Of a stretch of DNA of 64,000 nt, positions 19,224 through 31,278 are shown piece by piece. Within the stretch, counting starts at the first letter, position 1; each line of letters starts with the position of its first letter. The stretch comes from Desulfobacterales bacterium. GTDB lineage: Bacteria; Desulfobacterota; Desulfobacteria; Desulfobacterales; UBA2174. A program made the translations under genes and the position numbers. The notes below the pieces were generated by a model. The model saw nothing but the letters and a program-made list of their open reading frames with translations. It was not told the DNA's origin and did no database searches. Where the stretch lies: assembly GCA_963668645.2 (NCBI GenBank), contig CAXXWC010000019.1, forward strand, positions 256,001 through 320,000, given 5' to 3'.

Positions 19224-19301
19224 ACAAAAAAACACCGCACTGAACCGCCGGCCAGCCCCGATTCCACCGGCCAGTGTCTTGTGCGGAGCCGGTAGCTGCC
19301 C

Positions 19302-20543
19302 ATGGGCGTACGGGTCGTTATAACCGGAATCGGACTGGTCACCCCCCTGGGCATCGGCACCGGACCGACGTGGGACGGCCTTTGCCAGGGGCGATCGGGG
19401 ATCGGGCCGATCACCCGCTTTGATGCCTCCCATTTCCAAACCCGCATCGCAGGAGAGGTCAGGGGATTTGCGGCCAACGATTTTCTGCCGCGCAAGCTGG
19501 CCGCCAAAGCCCAGTCTTTCGTGGCCTTTGCCTGCGCCGCAGCCCGCATGGCCCTGAAAGACGCCCGCCTGACCATCGATGCTTCCGCAGCGGAAAACAC
19601 CGGGGTGGTGGTCGGCTCCGGAATGGGTGGTCTTTCCCTGCTGGAAGAAACCTTCCAGGTGATCTCCGACCGCGGCCCCGGGCGGGTCAGCCCTTTTTTT
19701 GTCCCCATGATGATCTCCAACATGGCGCCGGGGATGATCTCGATCCTTTTCGGGGTCCGTGGCGCCAACCTCTCGGTCACCACCGCCTGTGCCTCCGGGG
19801 CCCATGCCATAGGCGAGGCGGCGGCCATGATCCGCCGCGGCAGCCTGACGGCGGCCATCGCCGGCGGCACCGAAGCGGTGGTGGCGCCCACCTGCATCGC
19901 CGGCTTCAACGCCATGAAGGCCCTCTCGACCCGCAACCACGACCCCCAGAAGGCCTCCCGCCCCTTTGACAGGGATCGAGACGGCTTCGTGGTGGCCGAA
20001 GGCGCCGGCATCGTAATCCTGGAAACGCTGGAGCAGGCCCTTGCCCGGGGCGCTTCGATCTACGCCGAAGTTGCCGGCTACGGCCTCAGCAGCGACGCTT
20101 TTCATCTGGCCCAGCCGGCCCCGGACGGCGGGGGGGCGATCCGCTGCATGCGCTCGGCCCTGGCCGATGCGGGCCTTGATCCGGCCGCCATCCGATACAT
20201 CAACGCCCACGGCACCGGCACCCCCCTGAACGACACGCTGGAAACCGAGGCCATCAAGACGGTCTTCGGCCCCCATGCCGCCCGGATCGCAGTCAGTTCC
20301 ACCAAGTCGATGACCGGCCACCTGCTCGGGGCTGCAGGCGGCGTCGAAACCGCCATTACCGCCCTGGCCATTCACCACGGGACCATACCGCCCACCATCA
20401 ACCTCGATCATCCCGACCCGACCTGCGACCTCGACTACGTGCCCCACACGGCGCGTTCGGCAACGATCGAAGCGGCCATGACCAACAGCTTCGGCTTCGG
20501 CGGCACCAATGCCTGCCTGGTGCTGAAGTCCTTGCGGCGGTAA
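19302..20543 (+). CDS. fabF: Beta-ketoacyl-ACP synthase II
   Basis: [35 protein letters not shown]. Confidence 0.95.
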   Translation: MGVRVVITGIGLVTPLGIGTGPTWDGLCQGRSGIGPITRFDASHFQTRIAGEVRGFAANDFLPRKLAAKAQSFVAFACAAARMALKDARLTIDASAAENTGVVVGSGMGGLSLLEETFQVISDRGPGRVSPFFVPMMISNMAPGMISILFGVRGANLSVTTACASGAHAIGEAAAMIRRGSLTAAIAGGTEAVVAPTCIAGFNAMKALSTRNHDPQKASRPFDRDRDGFVVAEGAGIVILETLEQALARGASIYAEVAGYGLSSDAFHLAQPAPDGGGAIRCMRSALADAGLDPAAIRYINAHGTGTPLNDTLETEAIKTVFGPHAARIAVSSTKSMTGHLLGAAGGVETAITALAIHHGTIPPTINLDHPDPTCDLDYVPHTARSATIEAAMTNSFGFGGTNACLVLKSLRR

Positions 20544-20634
20544 GGTTTAGGCTTGTCCTCCGGCTGTGGTTTGGATAAAGAAAGAGCTTGAAAGCTTAAA
20601 GCCTAACGTTTCACCTCCCCAATAAGGACGCTCA

Positions 20635-21081
20635 ATGCAACCATCCGCTATCATCATCGGATCCGACCATGCAGCCTGGCCCTTGAAAAACCGGGTCAAA
20701 GAATACCTCCTTCAACGTGGCATAGAGGTGGAAGATGCCGGCCCTCAGATCGAAACCGCCTCGGACTATCCCGAATACGGCATGGCCGTGGCGCGCCGGG
20801 TGGCCAGCGGGGAGTTTACCCGCGGCATTCTGATGTGCGGAACCGGACTGGGCATGTCCATGGTGGCCAACCGGTTTGGCGGCGTGCGCGCCGCCCTGTG
20901 CAGCGAGCCGTTGAGCGCCGCCATGAGCCGGCGCCACAACGATGCCAACATCCTGGTGATGGGCGGGCGGATGATCGGCGAGGTCATGGCCCTGGAGATC
21001 GTGCAGGTCTGGCTCGAAACCGAATTCGAGGGTGACCGGCACCAACGCCGCATCGCGATGTTCGACCGGATCGGTGCTTGA
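20635..21081 (+). CDS. rpiB: Ribose-5-phosphate isomerase B
   Basis: GSDHA, CGTGLG, RRHNDAN, RHQRRI. Confidence 0.95.
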   Translation: MQPSAIIIGSDHAAWPLKNRVKEYLLQRGIEVEDAGPQIETASDYPEYGMAVARRVASGEFTRGILMCGTGLGMSMVANRFGGVRAALCSEPLSAAMSRRHNDANILVMGGRMIGEVMALEIVQVWLETEFEGDRHQRRIAMFDRIGA

Positions 21082-22403
21082 AGCACCTTGATCCGGACAT
21101 CTTGAACCGATCCATACACGCAAGGAAACCACCTTTGGAAACTGAACGACTCGAACAGGTGGACCCGGAGATCTGGCACGCCATCGGCCTCGAACTTGAA
21201 CGCCAGCAGACCACCCTGGAAATGATCGCCTCGGAAAACATCGCCAGCCCGGCGGTGATGGCGGCCCAGGGGAGCGTGATGACCAACAAGTACGCCGAAG
21301 GCTATCCGGCCCGGCGCTACTACGGCGGATGTGAATTCGTCGACCAGGCCGAATCGTTGGCCATCGAACGGGTCCAGGCCCTTTTCGGCGCTGAATACGC
21401 CAACGTCCAGCCCCACAGCGGATCACAGGCCAACATGGCCGTCTACTTCGCGCTGCTGGAACCCGGAGACACGATCCTGGGCATGGATCTGGCCCACGGC
21501 GGGCACCTGACCCACGGCAGCCCGGTGAGTTTCTCGGGGCGGCTTTTCAAATTCATGCACTACGGGGTCGACCCCGAAACCGGCCGCATCGACTACGCCC
21601 AGCTCGACCGGCTGGCCCAACGCCACCGGCCCCGCATGATCGTAGCCGGGGCCAGCGCCTATCCGCGCATCATCGATTTTGCCGCCATGGCCCGCACGGC
21701 AGCGGAGGTGGGCGCCTTTTTGATGGTGGACATGGCCCACATCGCCGGGCTGGTGGCCGCCGAAGTCCACCCCTCCCCCCTGCCCCATGCCGATGTGGTC
21801 ACCTCCACCACCCACAAGACGTTGCGCGGCCCCCGGGGCGGGCTGATCCTGGCACGGCGCGAGCACGGCGCTGCGCTGAACAAACAGGTTTTCCCCGGAA
21901 TCCAGGGCGGCCCCCTGATGCACGTCATCGCGGCCAAGGCCGTGGCTTTCAAGCAGGCCATGGGCGAAGGGTTCCGCCAATACCAGCAGCAGACGGTGCA
22001 AAACGCCCGGCACCTGGCCGCCGCCCTGGTCGACCGGGGGGTCGATCTGATCTCGGGCGGAACGGACAATCACATGATGCTGGCCGACCTGCGCCGTCTG
22101 AAGGTCACCGGCAAGGCGGCCCAGGCAGCCCTGGAACAGGCCGGCATCACGGTGAACAAAAACGCCATCCCCTTCGATCCCCTGGGGCCCCTGGTGACCA
22201 GCGGCATCCGCATCGGCACTCCGGCCCTGACCACCCGGGGGATGGGGCGAGCGGAAATGGAGGCCATCGCCGAAATGATGGTCGAAGTCCTGCGACATCC
22301 CGAGGACGATGCCCGCCTGGGGCGAATCCGCGATAAGGTGCGCCGGCTCTGCGAGCGTTTTCCCATCTATCCCCACCTCGGCCCTGACAGGCCGGTGGTA
22401 TGA
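21078..22403 (+). CDS. glyA: Serine hydroxymethyltransferase (start uncertain)
   Basis: [26 protein letters not shown]. Confidence 0.97.
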   Translation: MKHLDPDILNRSIHARKPPLETERLEQVDPEIWHAIGLELERQQTTLEMIASENIASPAVMAAQGSVMTNKYAEGYPARRYYGGCEFVDQAESLAIERVQALFGAEYANVQPHSGSQANMAVYFALLEPGDTILGMDLAHGGHLTHGSPVSFSGRLFKFMHYGVDPETGRIDYAQLDRLAQRHRPRMIVAGASAYPRIIDFAAMARTAAEVGAFLMVDMAHIAGLVAAEVHPSPLPHADVVTSTTHKTLRGPRGGLILARREHGAALNKQVFPGIQGGPLMHVIAAKAVAFKQAMGEGFRQYQQQTVQNARHLAAALVDRGVDLISGGTDNHMMLADLRRLKVTGKAAQAALEQAGITVNKNAIPFDPLGPLVTSGIRIGTPALTTRGMGRAEMEAIAEMMVEVLRHPEDDARLGRIRDKVRRLCERFPIYPHLGPDRPVV

Positions 22404-22410
22404 GAATCGA

Positions 22411-22911
22411 ATGATGACTGCCTCCGCCCCGGCGCCGCGCCCTTCCTGGGACACGTATTTCATGGACATCACAAGCCTCGTGGCCCGGCGGTCCACCTGC
22501 GTGCGACGGGCGGTTGGCGCGGTGGTGGTCAAGAACAAGCGCATCCTGGCCACCGGCTACAACGGGGCGCCCACCGGGGTAGCCCACTGCGCCGAAACCG
22601 GTTGCCTGCGCACGCAGCTACAGGTTCCGTCCGGAGAACGCCATGAGCTGTGCCGCGGGATACATGCCGAACAGAACGCCATCATTCAAGCGGCTTATCA
22701 CGGGGTCAGCATCAACGGCGCCACGCTCTACTGCACCAACCTGCCGTGCAGCATCTGCGCCAAGATGATCATCAATGCGGGCATCCAGACCATCGTCTAT
22801 CTTTCCGGGTACGCCGACCCCATGAGCGAGGCCATGCTCCGGGAAGCCGGTGTGACCGTTCGGCGTTTCGAAACGGAGGCACCGGCCCCGGCCGGGGAAG
22901 GAGGGTCTTGA
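22411..22911 (+). CDS. dCMP deaminase / ComEB-family deaminase
   Basis: [19 protein letters not shown] zinc motifs. Confidence 0.9.
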   Translation: MMTASAPAPRPSWDTYFMDITSLVARRSTCVRRAVGAVVVKNKRILATGYNGAPTGVAHCAETGCLRTQLQVPSGERHELCRGIHAEQNAIIQAAYHGVSINGATLYCTNLPCSICAKMIINAGIQTIVYLSGYADPMSEAMLREAGVTVRRFETEAPAPAGEGGS

Positions 22912-23372
22912 TGAAGTGCCCTTTTTGCGGTGAATCCGAGGACAAGGTAATCGATTCGCGCCTGAGCAAAAACGCCATGGAGATCCGCCGCCGCCGGGAA
23001 TGCATCGAGTGCGGCCGGCGTTTTACCACTTATGAGCGCATCGAGGAAATGCCGCTCATGATCCTCAAAAAGGATGGGCGGCGCGAAGAATTTTCCCGCG
23101 ACAAGGTCCGCAGCGGGATCCAGAAGGCCTGCGAAAAGCTCGACATCAGCGTCAATGAGATCGAGGAGTTTCTCGACGATCTGGAACGCGACCTGAAGGA
23201 GACCGGCGAAAAGGAAATCCCTGCGGCCAAGGTGGGCGAAAGCGTCATGGCCTGGCTGCACCGCCAGAACGACATCGCCTACGTGCGATTCGCCTCGGTC
23301 TACCGCGAATTCAGGGATGTCAACGATTTCGTTTCCGAACTGCGCCGGCTGCTGGCCAAGCAGTCCACCTGA
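22911..23372 (+). CDS. nrdR: Transcriptional repressor NrdR
   Basis: [28 protein letters not shown]. Confidence 0.97.
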   Translation: MKCPFCGESEDKVIDSRLSKNAMEIRRRRECIECGRRFTTYERIEEMPLMILKKDGRREEFSRDKVRSGIQKACEKLDISVNEIEEFLDDLERDLKETGEKEIPAAKVGESVMAWLHRQNDIAYVRFASVYREFRDVNDFVSELRRLLAKQST

Positions 23373-23381
23373 CAGGCCTTC

Positions 23382-24503
23382 ATGACCCAGCGCGACACCG
23401 ACTACATGCAAACGGCCCTGCAACTGGCGGCCCTCGGGGCGGGCACCACCCGTCCCAATCCCATGGTGGGCGCCGTGGTGGTACGCGGGGACCGGATCGT
23501 GGGCCGCGGCTACCATCAACGTGCCGGCGGTCCCCACGCCGAGGTACTGGCCATCGAGGAGGCAGGCGACCTGGCCGCCGGGGCGACGATCTATGTGACC
23601 CTGGAGCCGTGCAACCACTTCGGCCGCACCCCGCCATGCACCGAAAAGATTCTATCGGCCGGAATCCGCCGCGTGGTGGCGGCCATGCTCGACCCGAATC
23701 CCAACGTGGCCGGTCAAGGCTGCGCGCGGCTCCAGACCGCCGGTTTGACGGTGGAAACCGGCCTGTGCGCAGAGGCGGCGGCCCGGCTCAACGAGGCCTG
23801 GATCAAGTTCATCCGCACCGGCTCCCCATTTCTGGTTTACAAGTGCGCGGCCACCCTCGACGGGCAGATCGCCACGGCCGGCGGCGACAGCCGCTGGGTC
23901 ACCGGCCCCGAAGCGCGGGCACGGGTGCACCGGCTGCGCACGACCATGGACGCCATCATGGTCGGAATCGGCACGGTGCTCAAGGATGACCCGCAGCTCA
24001 CGGCCCGGTTGCCGGACGGCAGCGGGTGCGATCCGGTGCGCATCGTGCTCGACACCCGGCTGCGCATGCCCGCCTCGGCGCGCATGCTTCAGCTTGACTC
24101 GCCGGCCGGGACCCTTATCATATGCGACCGGGAAGCCGATCCAACCCGGGGCCGTGAACTGGAAAAAGCCGGGGCCGAAGTTCTATGCTGCCCGATTCAC
24201 GAAGAGGGCATCGATCTGGCGGCCCTCATGCCTCTTTTGGGCCGACGTGGAATCACCAGCGTGCTGCTCGAAGGCGGCGGCCGGGTGGGGGCTGCAGCCA
24301 TCAAGGCCGGGGTGGTGGACAAAATCATGTTTTTCTACGCGCCCAAACTGCTGGCCGGAAACGACGGGGTGCCGATCTGCAGCGGGCCGGGGGTGCCGCG
24401 CATGGCCGAAGCGCTGGCGGTGCACGGGATGCAAATCGAACCTCTGGGCGCGGACATCCTTGTCTGCGGGTACCTGAAACCCGGCCCCCATGGGAACGGA
24501 TAG
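23382..24503 (+). CDS. ribD: Riboflavin biosynthesis deaminase/reductase
   Basis: PNPMVG, HAE, LEPCNH..RTPPC, LLEGGG. Confidence 0.95.
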   Translation: MTQRDTDYMQTALQLAALGAGTTRPNPMVGAVVVRGDRIVGRGYHQRAGGPHAEVLAIEEAGDLAAGATIYVTLEPCNHFGRTPPCTEKILSAGIRRVVAAMLDPNPNVAGQGCARLQTAGLTVETGLCAEAAARLNEAWIKFIRTGSPFLVYKCAATLDGQIATAGGDSRWVTGPEARARVHRLRTTMDAIMVGIGTVLKDDPQLTARLPDGSGCDPVRIVLDTRLRMPASARMLQLDSPAGTLIICDREADPTRGRELEKAGAEVLCCPIHEEGIDLAALMPLLGRRGITSVLLEGGGRVGAAAIKAGVVDKIMFFYAPKLLAGNDGVPICSGPGVPRMAEALAVHGMQIEPLGADILVCGYLKPGPHGNG

Positions 24504-24504
24504 C

Positions 24505-25167
24505 ATGTTTACCGGTATTATCGAAGGTCTCGGCCAGGTCACGGCCCACACACCCGGCGCAGAGGGGCTTCGCCTGGAAATCGGCGCCGATTTCGATCTG
24601 GAGCGCACCCGCATCGGCGACAGCATCGCGGTCAACGGGGCCTGTCTGACGGTGGTGGCGCTCTTTGGGCGCCGCTTCAGGGCGGATGTATCGCCGGAAA
24701 CCCGCGCCTGCACGGGCCTGGGACAGCTGAAAATCGGCGAGCGCGTTAACCTGGAGCGCGCCTTGCGCCTTTCGGACCGGGTCGACGGCCACCTGGTCTC
24801 GGGCCACGTGGACGGGCAGGGCCGGATCGTCACGCGCCGCCCGGAGGGCAATGCCGTGGTGGTGGAAATCGCGCTGGACGAAGCCCAGGCACGCCACCTG
24901 ATCCCCAAAGGATCGGTGGCCGTCGACGGGATCAGCCTGACGGTGAACCGTTGCGCCGAGAATCGATTCTGGGTCAGCATCATCCCGCACACGGCCGCGT
25001 TGACGACGATCGGCTTCAAGCCCATCGGGGCCGCCGTCAACATCGAAACCGACATGATCGGAAAATACGTGGAACGATTTTTGACTTCCCGGCGAGGCGG
25101 CACTGAAGACGAACCGCCCGCCAAGGGGGTCAGCCTCGACTTGCTGGCGCGCTCCGGCTACTTGTGA
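24505..25167 (+). CDS. ribE: Riboflavin synthase (alpha chain)
   Basis: MFTGII start, GACLTV, GHLVSGHVDG, GISLTVN. Confidence 0.95.
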   Translation: MFTGIIEGLGQVTAHTPGAEGLRLEIGADFDLERTRIGDSIAVNGACLTVVALFGRRFRADVSPETRACTGLGQLKIGERVNLERALRLSDRVDGHLVSGHVDGQGRIVTRRPEGNAVVVEIALDEAQARHLIPKGSVAVDGISLTVNRCAENRFWVSIIPHTAALTTIGFKPIGAAVNIETDMIGKYVERFLTSRRGGTEDEPPAKGVSLDLLARSGYL

Positions 25168-25190
25168 GCGGGCCGGCCATCGCTAAAGCC

Positions 25191-25219
25191 TTGACAGGCT
25201 AGACCCCCTGACATAGAAA
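25191..25219 (+). promoter_or_regulatory. Putative internal sigma-70 promoter for ribBA-ribH-nusB
   Basis: TTGACA-N17-TAGAAA. Confidence 0.45.
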
Positions 25220-25315
25220 AGATACCTTTCATCCACCGTCGGTCTTACCTGGCGGCCGGAAACGATTTTCGGCCGGCGCCGGCGTTGACGCGTTCAAGGA
25301 GCAATCGAAAATCCC

Positions 25316-26533
25316 ATGGGAACCATTTCGATCGAACAGGCCATCGAGGAAATCCGTGCCGGGCGCATGGTTATCCTGGTGGACGACGAGGACCGGGAAA
25401 ACGAGGGGGATCTTTGCCTGGCGGCCGAGAAGGTCACCCCCGAAGCGATCAACTTCATGGCCAAGTACGGACGCGGCCTGATCTGCCTTTCCTTGACGGG
25501 CGAAACCTGCGATCGGCTCGAGCTGCCGTTTATGGTGGAACACAACACCTCCCCTTTTGAAACCGGGTTTACCGTCTCCATCGAGGCGGCCAAGGGTGTG
25601 ACCACCGGGATCAGCGCGGCCGACCGGGCCACCACCGTGCGCACGGCGGTGGCCGACAACGCCGGCCCCCAGGACTTGGTGCGGCCCGGGCACATCTTCC
25701 CACTGCGCGCCCGCGAGGGCGGCGTGATGGTGCGTGTGGGCCAGACCGAGGGGTCGGTGGACCTGGCCCGTCTGGCCGGGCTCAAACCGGCCGGAGTGAT
25801 CTGCGAAATCATGGACGAAGACGGGACCATGGCACGCATGCCGGCTCTGGAAAAATTCAGCCAGCGCCATGGCATCGGCATCTGCACCATCGCCGACCTG
25901 GTCGCCTACCGGGTGCGCAACGAGTCTTTCGTCAGAAGGGCGGCCGAAACCGAAATCCCCACCCTCTACGGGGGCGACTTCAAAATCATGGCTTTCGAGT
26001 GCGCCCTGGACGGCCTGACCCACATCGCCCTGGTCAAGGGAGAAATCGATCGCGAAAAACCGGTTCTGGTCCGGGTTCATTCCGAGTGCATGACCGGCGA
26101 CATCTTCGGCTCCCGGCGCTGCGATTGCGGCGACCAGTTGCACAAGGCCATGGAACAGATCGACAAAGAGGGCTGCGGGGTGATTCTCTACCTGCGCCAG
26201 GAGGGCCGCGGGATCGGCCTGGTGAACAAGCTCAAGGCCTACGCGCTGCAAAAAGAGGGCCTGGATACGGTAGAGGCCAACCTCAAGCTGGGATTCAAGG
26301 ACGATCTGCGCGATTACGGCATCGGGGCCCAGATGCTGCGCAACATCGGGGTGCGCAAGATGCGCCTGCTGACCAACAACCCGAAGAAAATCGTCGGGCT
26401 GGAGGGCTACGGGTTGAGCATCGTCGAACAGGTGCCCATCGAAGTGCCCCCCAACGACTTCAACCGCTGCTATCTGGAGTGCAAGAAGCTCAAGATGGGC
26501 CACCTGCTCAAGATGCCGGCCAGAAGGCAATAA
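25316..26533 (+). CDS. ribBA: Bifunctional DHBP synthase / GTP cyclohydrolase II
   Basis: [33 protein letters not shown]. Confidence 0.97.
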   Translation: MGTISIEQAIEEIRAGRMVILVDDEDRENEGDLCLAAEKVTPEAINFMAKYGRGLICLSLTGETCDRLELPFMVEHNTSPFETGFTVSIEAAKGVTTGISAADRATTVRTAVADNAGPQDLVRPGHIFPLRAREGGVMVRVGQTEGSVDLARLAGLKPAGVICEIMDEDGTMARMPALEKFSQRHGIGICTIADLVAYRVRNESFVRRAAETEIPTLYGGDFKIMAFECALDGLTHIALVKGEIDREKPVLVRVHSECMTGDIFGSRRCDCGDQLHKAMEQIDKEGCGVILYLRQEGRGIGLVNKLKAYALQKEGLDTVEANLKLGFKDDLRDYGIGAQMLRNIGVRKMRLLTNNPKKIVGLEGYGLSIVEQVPIEVPPNDFNRCYLECKKLKMGHLLKMPARRQ

Positions 26534-26571
26534 CCCCACGACCGCTGGAACGACTGAAAAGGAGGCACCGG

Positions 26572-27045
26572 ATGCCGAAGATCATCGAAGGGGGGCTCAA
26601 CGCCGAAGGGAAACGGTTTGCCCTGGTGGTCAGCCGGTTCAACGATTTTATCACCGAGAAGTTGACCTCAGGAGCCATGGATGCCTTGACCCGCTGCGGT
26701 GCGGATCCCGAAGCCATCGAAATCCTCAAGGTCCCGGGGGCCTTTGAGATCCCTCTCGTGGCCCAGAAAGTCGCGTCCGCCCGGCGCCATGACGCCGTCA
26801 TCTGCCTGGGCGCCGTGATCCGCGGTGCCACCCCGCATTTCGACTACGTCAGTGCCGAAGTCTCCAAGGGGATCGCCCAAGTGAGCCTGGCCAGCGGGGT
26901 CCCGGTAATCTTCGGCGTGGTGACCACCGACACCATCGAACAGGCCATTGAAAGGGCCGGCACCAAGGCCGGCAACAAGGGCTGGAGCGCCGCGATCAGC
27001 GCCGTGGAGATGGCCAACCTGCTTTCCAAGGTGGAACACGCCTAA
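26572..27045 (+). CDS. ribH: 6,7-dimethyl-8-ribityllumazine synthase
   Basis: [29 protein letters not shown]. Confidence 0.97.
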   Translation: MPKIIEGGLNAEGKRFALVVSRFNDFITEKLTSGAMDALTRCGADPEAIEILKVPGAFEIPLVAQKVASARRHDAVICLGAVIRGATPHFDYVSAEVSKGIAQVSLASGVPVIFGVVTTDTIEQAIERAGTKAGNKGWSAAISAVEMANLLSKVEHA

Positions 27046-27612
27046 ATGGGAATCCGACGCCGGGCGAGAGAACTGGCCATGCAGGCCTTGTTTTTTATGG
27101 ACATGCGGCCGGATGCGGACGAAGAGGATCGCCTGGCCCTTTTTTGCCGGAGCTGCCCGCCGCCTAAAAAGTCCTACCCCCTTTTCCTGGAATTGGTCGA
27201 GGGGGTGCGCTGCTACCGGGACCAGATCGACCGGATCATCGAACGCTTCTCGAGCCACTGGAAAGTGGCCCGCATGGGCGGGGTGGATCGCAACGTGATG
27301 CGCGTGGCGATTTACGAACTGCTCTGCTGCGCCGACATCCCGCCCAAGGTCTCGATCAATGAGGCCATCGATATCGGCAAGAAGTACGGCACCGAAGAAT
27401 CGGGGGCCTTTATCAACGGCATCCTGGATGCGATCCACCTGGCCCTGGCCCAGGACGACGAGGGCATGAAGCTGCAGCCCCCTGCGGCCCCCGAACCCGC
27501 CCGCCAGGAGCCGGTTGTCCAGCCCGTTGCGGATCCGGCACCGTTATCCGAGACGGTTTCACGAGTTAAAATCCGCCAGGGCCTGGTGCGCCGGCGCAGC
27601 CAGCCTGAATGA
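27046..27612 (+). CDS. nusB: Transcription antitermination factor NusB with C-terminal extension
   Basis: RRRARELAMQAL, VSINEAID, FINGILD. Confidence 0.93.
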   Translation: MGIRRRARELAMQALFFMDMRPDADEEDRLALFCRSCPPPKKSYPLFLELVEGVRCYRDQIDRIIERFSSHWKVARMGGVDRNVMRVAIYELLCCADIPPKVSINEAIDIGKKYGTEESGAFINGILDAIHLALAQDDEGMKLQPPAAPEPARQEPVVQPVADPAPLSETVSRVKIRQGLVRRRSQPE

Positions 27613-27628
27613 AAAATCGAGGTCCAAA

Positions 27629-28261
27629 ATGCTGATTGACACCTTACCGGTCGGGCCGATCATGGCCAACTGCTACATTGTCGGATGCGAAGAAACCCGC
27701 ACCGCCGCCGTCATCGACCCGGGCGACGAGGCCGAACGCATCCTGACCGAACTGGCGCGCCATGAGCTCCAGCTCGGGTACATTCTCAACACCCACGGCC
27801 ACTTCGACCACGTGGGCGGCAATCGCCGGCTCAAGGAGGCCACCGGCGCGCAGCTGTTGATCCACCGCCTGGATGCCCCCATGCTGTCGCAGCTGGACAC
27901 CGCGGCACGCATGTTCGGCCTGCGCTCGGAAAATTCACCGCCGCCGGACCGCACCCTGGAAGACGGGGATCATATCGCGGTCGGCACCCTCGATTTTACC
28001 GTGCTGCATACCCCGGGCCATACCCCCGGCGGGATCTGCTTCTACGGCCAGGGGGTGGTCTTTGCCGGCGACACCCTGTTTGCCGGGTCCATCGGACGGA
28101 CCGACTTTCCCGGCGGCGATTTCGACACCCTGATCACCAGCATCCGCCAGCGCCTTTTCGCCCTTCCCGAAGAGGTCAAAGTCCTGCCGGGCCACATGGG
28201 CCCCACCACCATTGGCCGGGAAAGGCATTACAATCCCTTCGTTGGCCTGCGGGCTTCCTGA
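27629..28261 (+). CDS. MBL-fold metallo-hydrolase (glyoxalase II-like)
   Basis: THGHFDH, TPGHTPG, GDTLFAGSIGRTD. Confidence 0.9.
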   Translation: MLIDTLPVGPIMANCYIVGCEETRTAAVIDPGDEAERILTELARHELQLGYILNTHGHFDHVGGNRRLKEATGAQLLIHRLDAPMLSQLDTAARMFGLRSENSPPPDRTLEDGDHIAVGTLDFTVLHTPGHTPGGICFYGQGVVFAGDTLFAGSIGRTDFPGGDFDTLITSIRQRLFALPEEVKVLPGHMGPTTIGRERHYNPFVGLRAS

Positions 28262-28513
28262 AGGCGGCAAAAAAGCCGCAATATCGTCGCACGGCGCCTC
28301 ACCGTCCAGGGCTCACCGGCCTGCCGCACCAGGGTATTTTCCTTGAACAAACCAGGCGGCTCTGTTACTTTCTGCCTGTCAGCCGGTGGCAAAAACGCGG
28401 CGTCATCGAATCGCCGGGCCACCCGCGGCAACGGCAAGGGGGCTGCCAGGACGCTCGACTTGTGCATGGACGGCCCGTAATGCCGAAACCAAGGAAACCT
28501 GTTCAGACCCCGC

Positions 28514-29620
28514 ATGCCTGGATCCATCAATCGTAAAAAGACGCGCCGGATCTCGGTGGGAGAAGTGCCGGTGGGCGCACTGGCCCCGATCAGCGTCCAG
28601 TCCATGACCACCACCGACACGCGCGACGTGGCCGCCACCGTGGCTCAGATCAGGCGGCTGGAGGCCGCCGGCTGCGAGATCGTGCGGGTTGCGGTGGTCG
28701 ATGAAACGGCCGCCCGGGCCATCGGCGCCATCAAGGCCGCCATCGGCATCCCCCTGATCGCCGACATCCACTTCGACCACCGCCTGGCCATCGCCGCGGC
28801 CGAAGCCGGGGCCGACGGGCTGCGCATCAACCCGGGCAACATCGGCGGCGCACAAAAGGTGCGCGCCGTGGTGGATGCCGCCCGCCACCACGGCCTGGCC
28901 ATCCGCATCGGGGTCAATGCCGGCAGCCTGGAAAAGGACCTGCTACGCCGCTACGGCCAGGCGAGCGCCGAAGCCATGGTGGAAAGTGCGCTGCGGCACA
29001 TCGACCGGATCGCCGGCATGGGGTTCGAACAGATCAAGGTCTCGATCAAGGCATCGGATGTGCCGCGCACCGTGTCGGCCTACCGGCAGCTTGCGGCGCG
29101 ATCTGATTTTCCGCTCCATCTGGGGGTCACCGAAGCCGGAGGCCTCTTTCCGGGAATCGTGAAGAGCGCTCTGGGCATCGGCATGCTGCTGGCCGAGGGG
29201 ATCGGTGACACCCTGAGGGTTTCGCTGACCCGCGATCCGGTGGAAGAGGTGCGCGTGGGTTACGAAATCCTGCGTGCCCTGGACATCCGCCGCCACGGGG
29301 CCGAGATCGTCTCGTGCCCCACCTGCGGGCGTTGCGGCATCGATCTGTTCGGAATCCTGGAGCAGGTCGAACAGGCCCTGCTGACCCGCCCGTTGCCGAT
29401 CAAGGTGGCCATCATGGGATGCGTGGTCAACGGGCCGGGAGAAGCCCGGGAGGCGGATGTGGGTATCGCCGGGGGCGAAGGGGTCGGCATCCTCTTCAAG
29501 AAAGGGCGGGTGGTCAAGAAGTTCCCCCAGCAAAAACTGGTGGATGAGCTTCTCAACGCCGTGGATGAATTCGGAAAGCCGCCGCCTGGGGCCGGGACGA
29601 TTCCAGCCCCGTCCAGTTGA
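28514..29620 (+). CDS. ispG: HMBPP synthase
   Basis: VQSMT, ADIHF, RINPGNIG, SCPTCGR, MGCVVNGPGE. Confidence 0.97.
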   Translation: MPGSINRKKTRRISVGEVPVGALAPISVQSMTTTDTRDVAATVAQIRRLEAAGCEIVRVAVVDETAARAIGAIKAAIGIPLIADIHFDHRLAIAAAEAGADGLRINPGNIGGAQKVRAVVDAARHHGLAIRIGVNAGSLEKDLLRRYGQASAEAMVESALRHIDRIAGMGFEQIKVSIKASDVPRTVSAYRQLAARSDFPLHLGVTEAGGLFPGIVKSALGIGMLLAEGIGDTLRVSLTRDPVEEVRVGYEILRALDIRRHGAEIVSCPTCGRCGIDLFGILEQVEQALLTRPLPIKVAIMGCVVNGPGEAREADVGIAGGEGVGILFKKGRVVKKFPQQKLVDELLNAVDEFGKPPPGAGTIPAPSS

Positions 29621-29718
29621 CCGCAACGAAGCAAAGGCCCGGCCCGGTCGCTTCAGTTCCACCGCCTACGTCTTCGGGTCATTTTGAATGCCACTTTTTC
29701 AAGGGAGCCGCCAAAACG

Positions 29719-31248
29719 ATGAGTAAACCGACCCAAACCGCAATTTCCCCCACCCGCGTCGAAGACTACCCCGAATGGTACCAACAGGTGATCAAGGCCA
29801 GCGACATGGCCGAAAATTCACCCGTGCGCGGCTGCATGGTCATCAAGCCTTGGGGCTATGCCCTGTGGGAGAATATCACCCGCATCGTCGACGACCGGCT
29901 CAAGGCGATTGGGGTACGCAACGCCTATTTTCCCATCTTCATCCCCCTGAGTTTTCTTCAAAAGGAAGCCCAGCACGTGGAGGGGTTCGCCAAGGAGTGC
30001 GCCGTGGTGACCCACCACCGGCTCGAAAAAGGTCCGGACGGGCAGCTGGTTCCGGCCGGTAAACTCAATGAACCGCTCATCGTCCGGCCCACCAGCGAGA
30101 CGATCATCGGCGATTCCTTTTCCAAGTGGGTCAAGAGCTACCGGGATCTGCCGATCCTGGTCAACCAATGGGGCAACGTGGTTCGCTGGGAAATGCGCAC
30201 CCGGATCTTTCTGCGCACCAGCGAGTTTCTCTGGCACGAAGGCCACACGGTGCATGCTACGGCCAAAGAAGCCATGAACCTGACCGAAACGATTCTGGAC
30301 ATCTATGTGCGCCTGGCCCGGGACTTTCTTGCCATACCGGTGATCGCCGGCAAGAAATCACCGGCCGAGCGCTTTCCCGGAGCCGACGAGACGTTGACCA
30401 TCGAGGCCATGATGCAGGACTGCAAGGCCTTGCAGGCCGGCACCTCCCATTTTCTGGGCCAGAACTTCGCCCGGGCCCAGGAGATCAAGTTCCAAACCGC
30501 CGACGAACGCGAAGAGTACGCCTGGACCACTTCCTGGGCCGTTTCCACCCGGCTCCTGGGCGGGCTGATCATGACCCATGGCGATGACGACGGCGCCGTC
30601 CTGCCGCCGCGGGTCGCTTCGGCCCACCTGGTGCTGTTGCCCATTATCCGCAAGGCCAAAGAGCAAGAAGCGGTAATGGACTACGTCCAGGACCTGGCAC
30701 GCCGCTTGCGCCAGGTGGACTACCACGGCCAACCGCTGCGGGTGGAAATCGATGCCCGCGATATCGGCGCAACCCGCAACTGGGACTGGATCAAGCGCGG
30801 GATCCCCCTGCGCGTGGAAATCGGGCCCCGGGACATCGGCGCCGATGCGGTCTTTTTCGCCCGCCGCGACCGCGATCACCGCGAGAAGGTCGCCATGGGA
30901 CGGGAAGGGTTCATCGCCGAAGTGGGCACGATTCTCGACGAGATCCAGCAATCCTTGTATCAAAAAGCCTTGGCCTTCCAGGAAGCGCACACCCGGCTCA
31001 TCGACAAGCGGGATGACTTCTACGCCTTTTTCACCCCCCGCGACCTGGAACGGCCCGAAATTCACGGGGGGTTCGCCCTGGCCCACTGGTGCGGCGAAGG
31101 TGCCTGCGAGGCAAAGATCAAGGAAGACCTTGGGGTCACCATCCGCTGCCTGCCTTTTGACACGCAACGCTTTGCCGTGGAACCGGGGACCTGTATTTGC
31201 TGCGGCCGGCCCAGCCCGCGGCGCGTCATCTTCGCCAAGTCCTATTGA
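29719..31248 (+). CDS. proS: Proline--tRNA ligase (archaeal/eukaryotic-like type)
   Basis: RPTSET, VVRWE, QAGTSHFLGQNF, C-terminal Cys cluster and FAKSY; no INS editing domain. Confidence 0.95.
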   Translation: MSKPTQTAISPTRVEDYPEWYQQVIKASDMAENSPVRGCMVIKPWGYALWENITRIVDDRLKAIGVRNAYFPIFIPLSFLQKEAQHVEGFAKECAVVTHHRLEKGPDGQLVPAGKLNEPLIVRPTSETIIGDSFSKWVKSYRDLPILVNQWGNVVRWEMRTRIFLRTSEFLWHEGHTVHATAKEAMNLTETILDIYVRLARDFLAIPVIAGKKSPAERFPGADETLTIEAMMQDCKALQAGTSHFLGQNFARAQEIKFQTADEREEYAWTTSWAVSTRLLGGLIMTHGDDDGAVLPPRVASAHLVLLPIIRKAKEQEAVMDYVQDLARRLRQVDYHGQPLRVEIDARDIGATRNWDWIKRGIPLRVEIGPRDIGADAVFFARRDRDHREKVAMGREGFIAEVGTILDEIQQSLYQKALAFQEAHTRLIDKRDDFYAFFTPRDLERPEIHGGFALAHWCGEGACEAKIKEDLGVTIRCLPFDTQRFAVEPGTCICCGRPSPRRVIFAKSY

Positions 31249-31278
31249 GGAATGCGGCAGGTCGCCCATGCCACGGCT

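Noticed and set aside
25168..25315. FMN riboswitch upstream of ribBA
   Set aside because: No RFN consensus segments; the gap is explained by a sigma-70-like promoter
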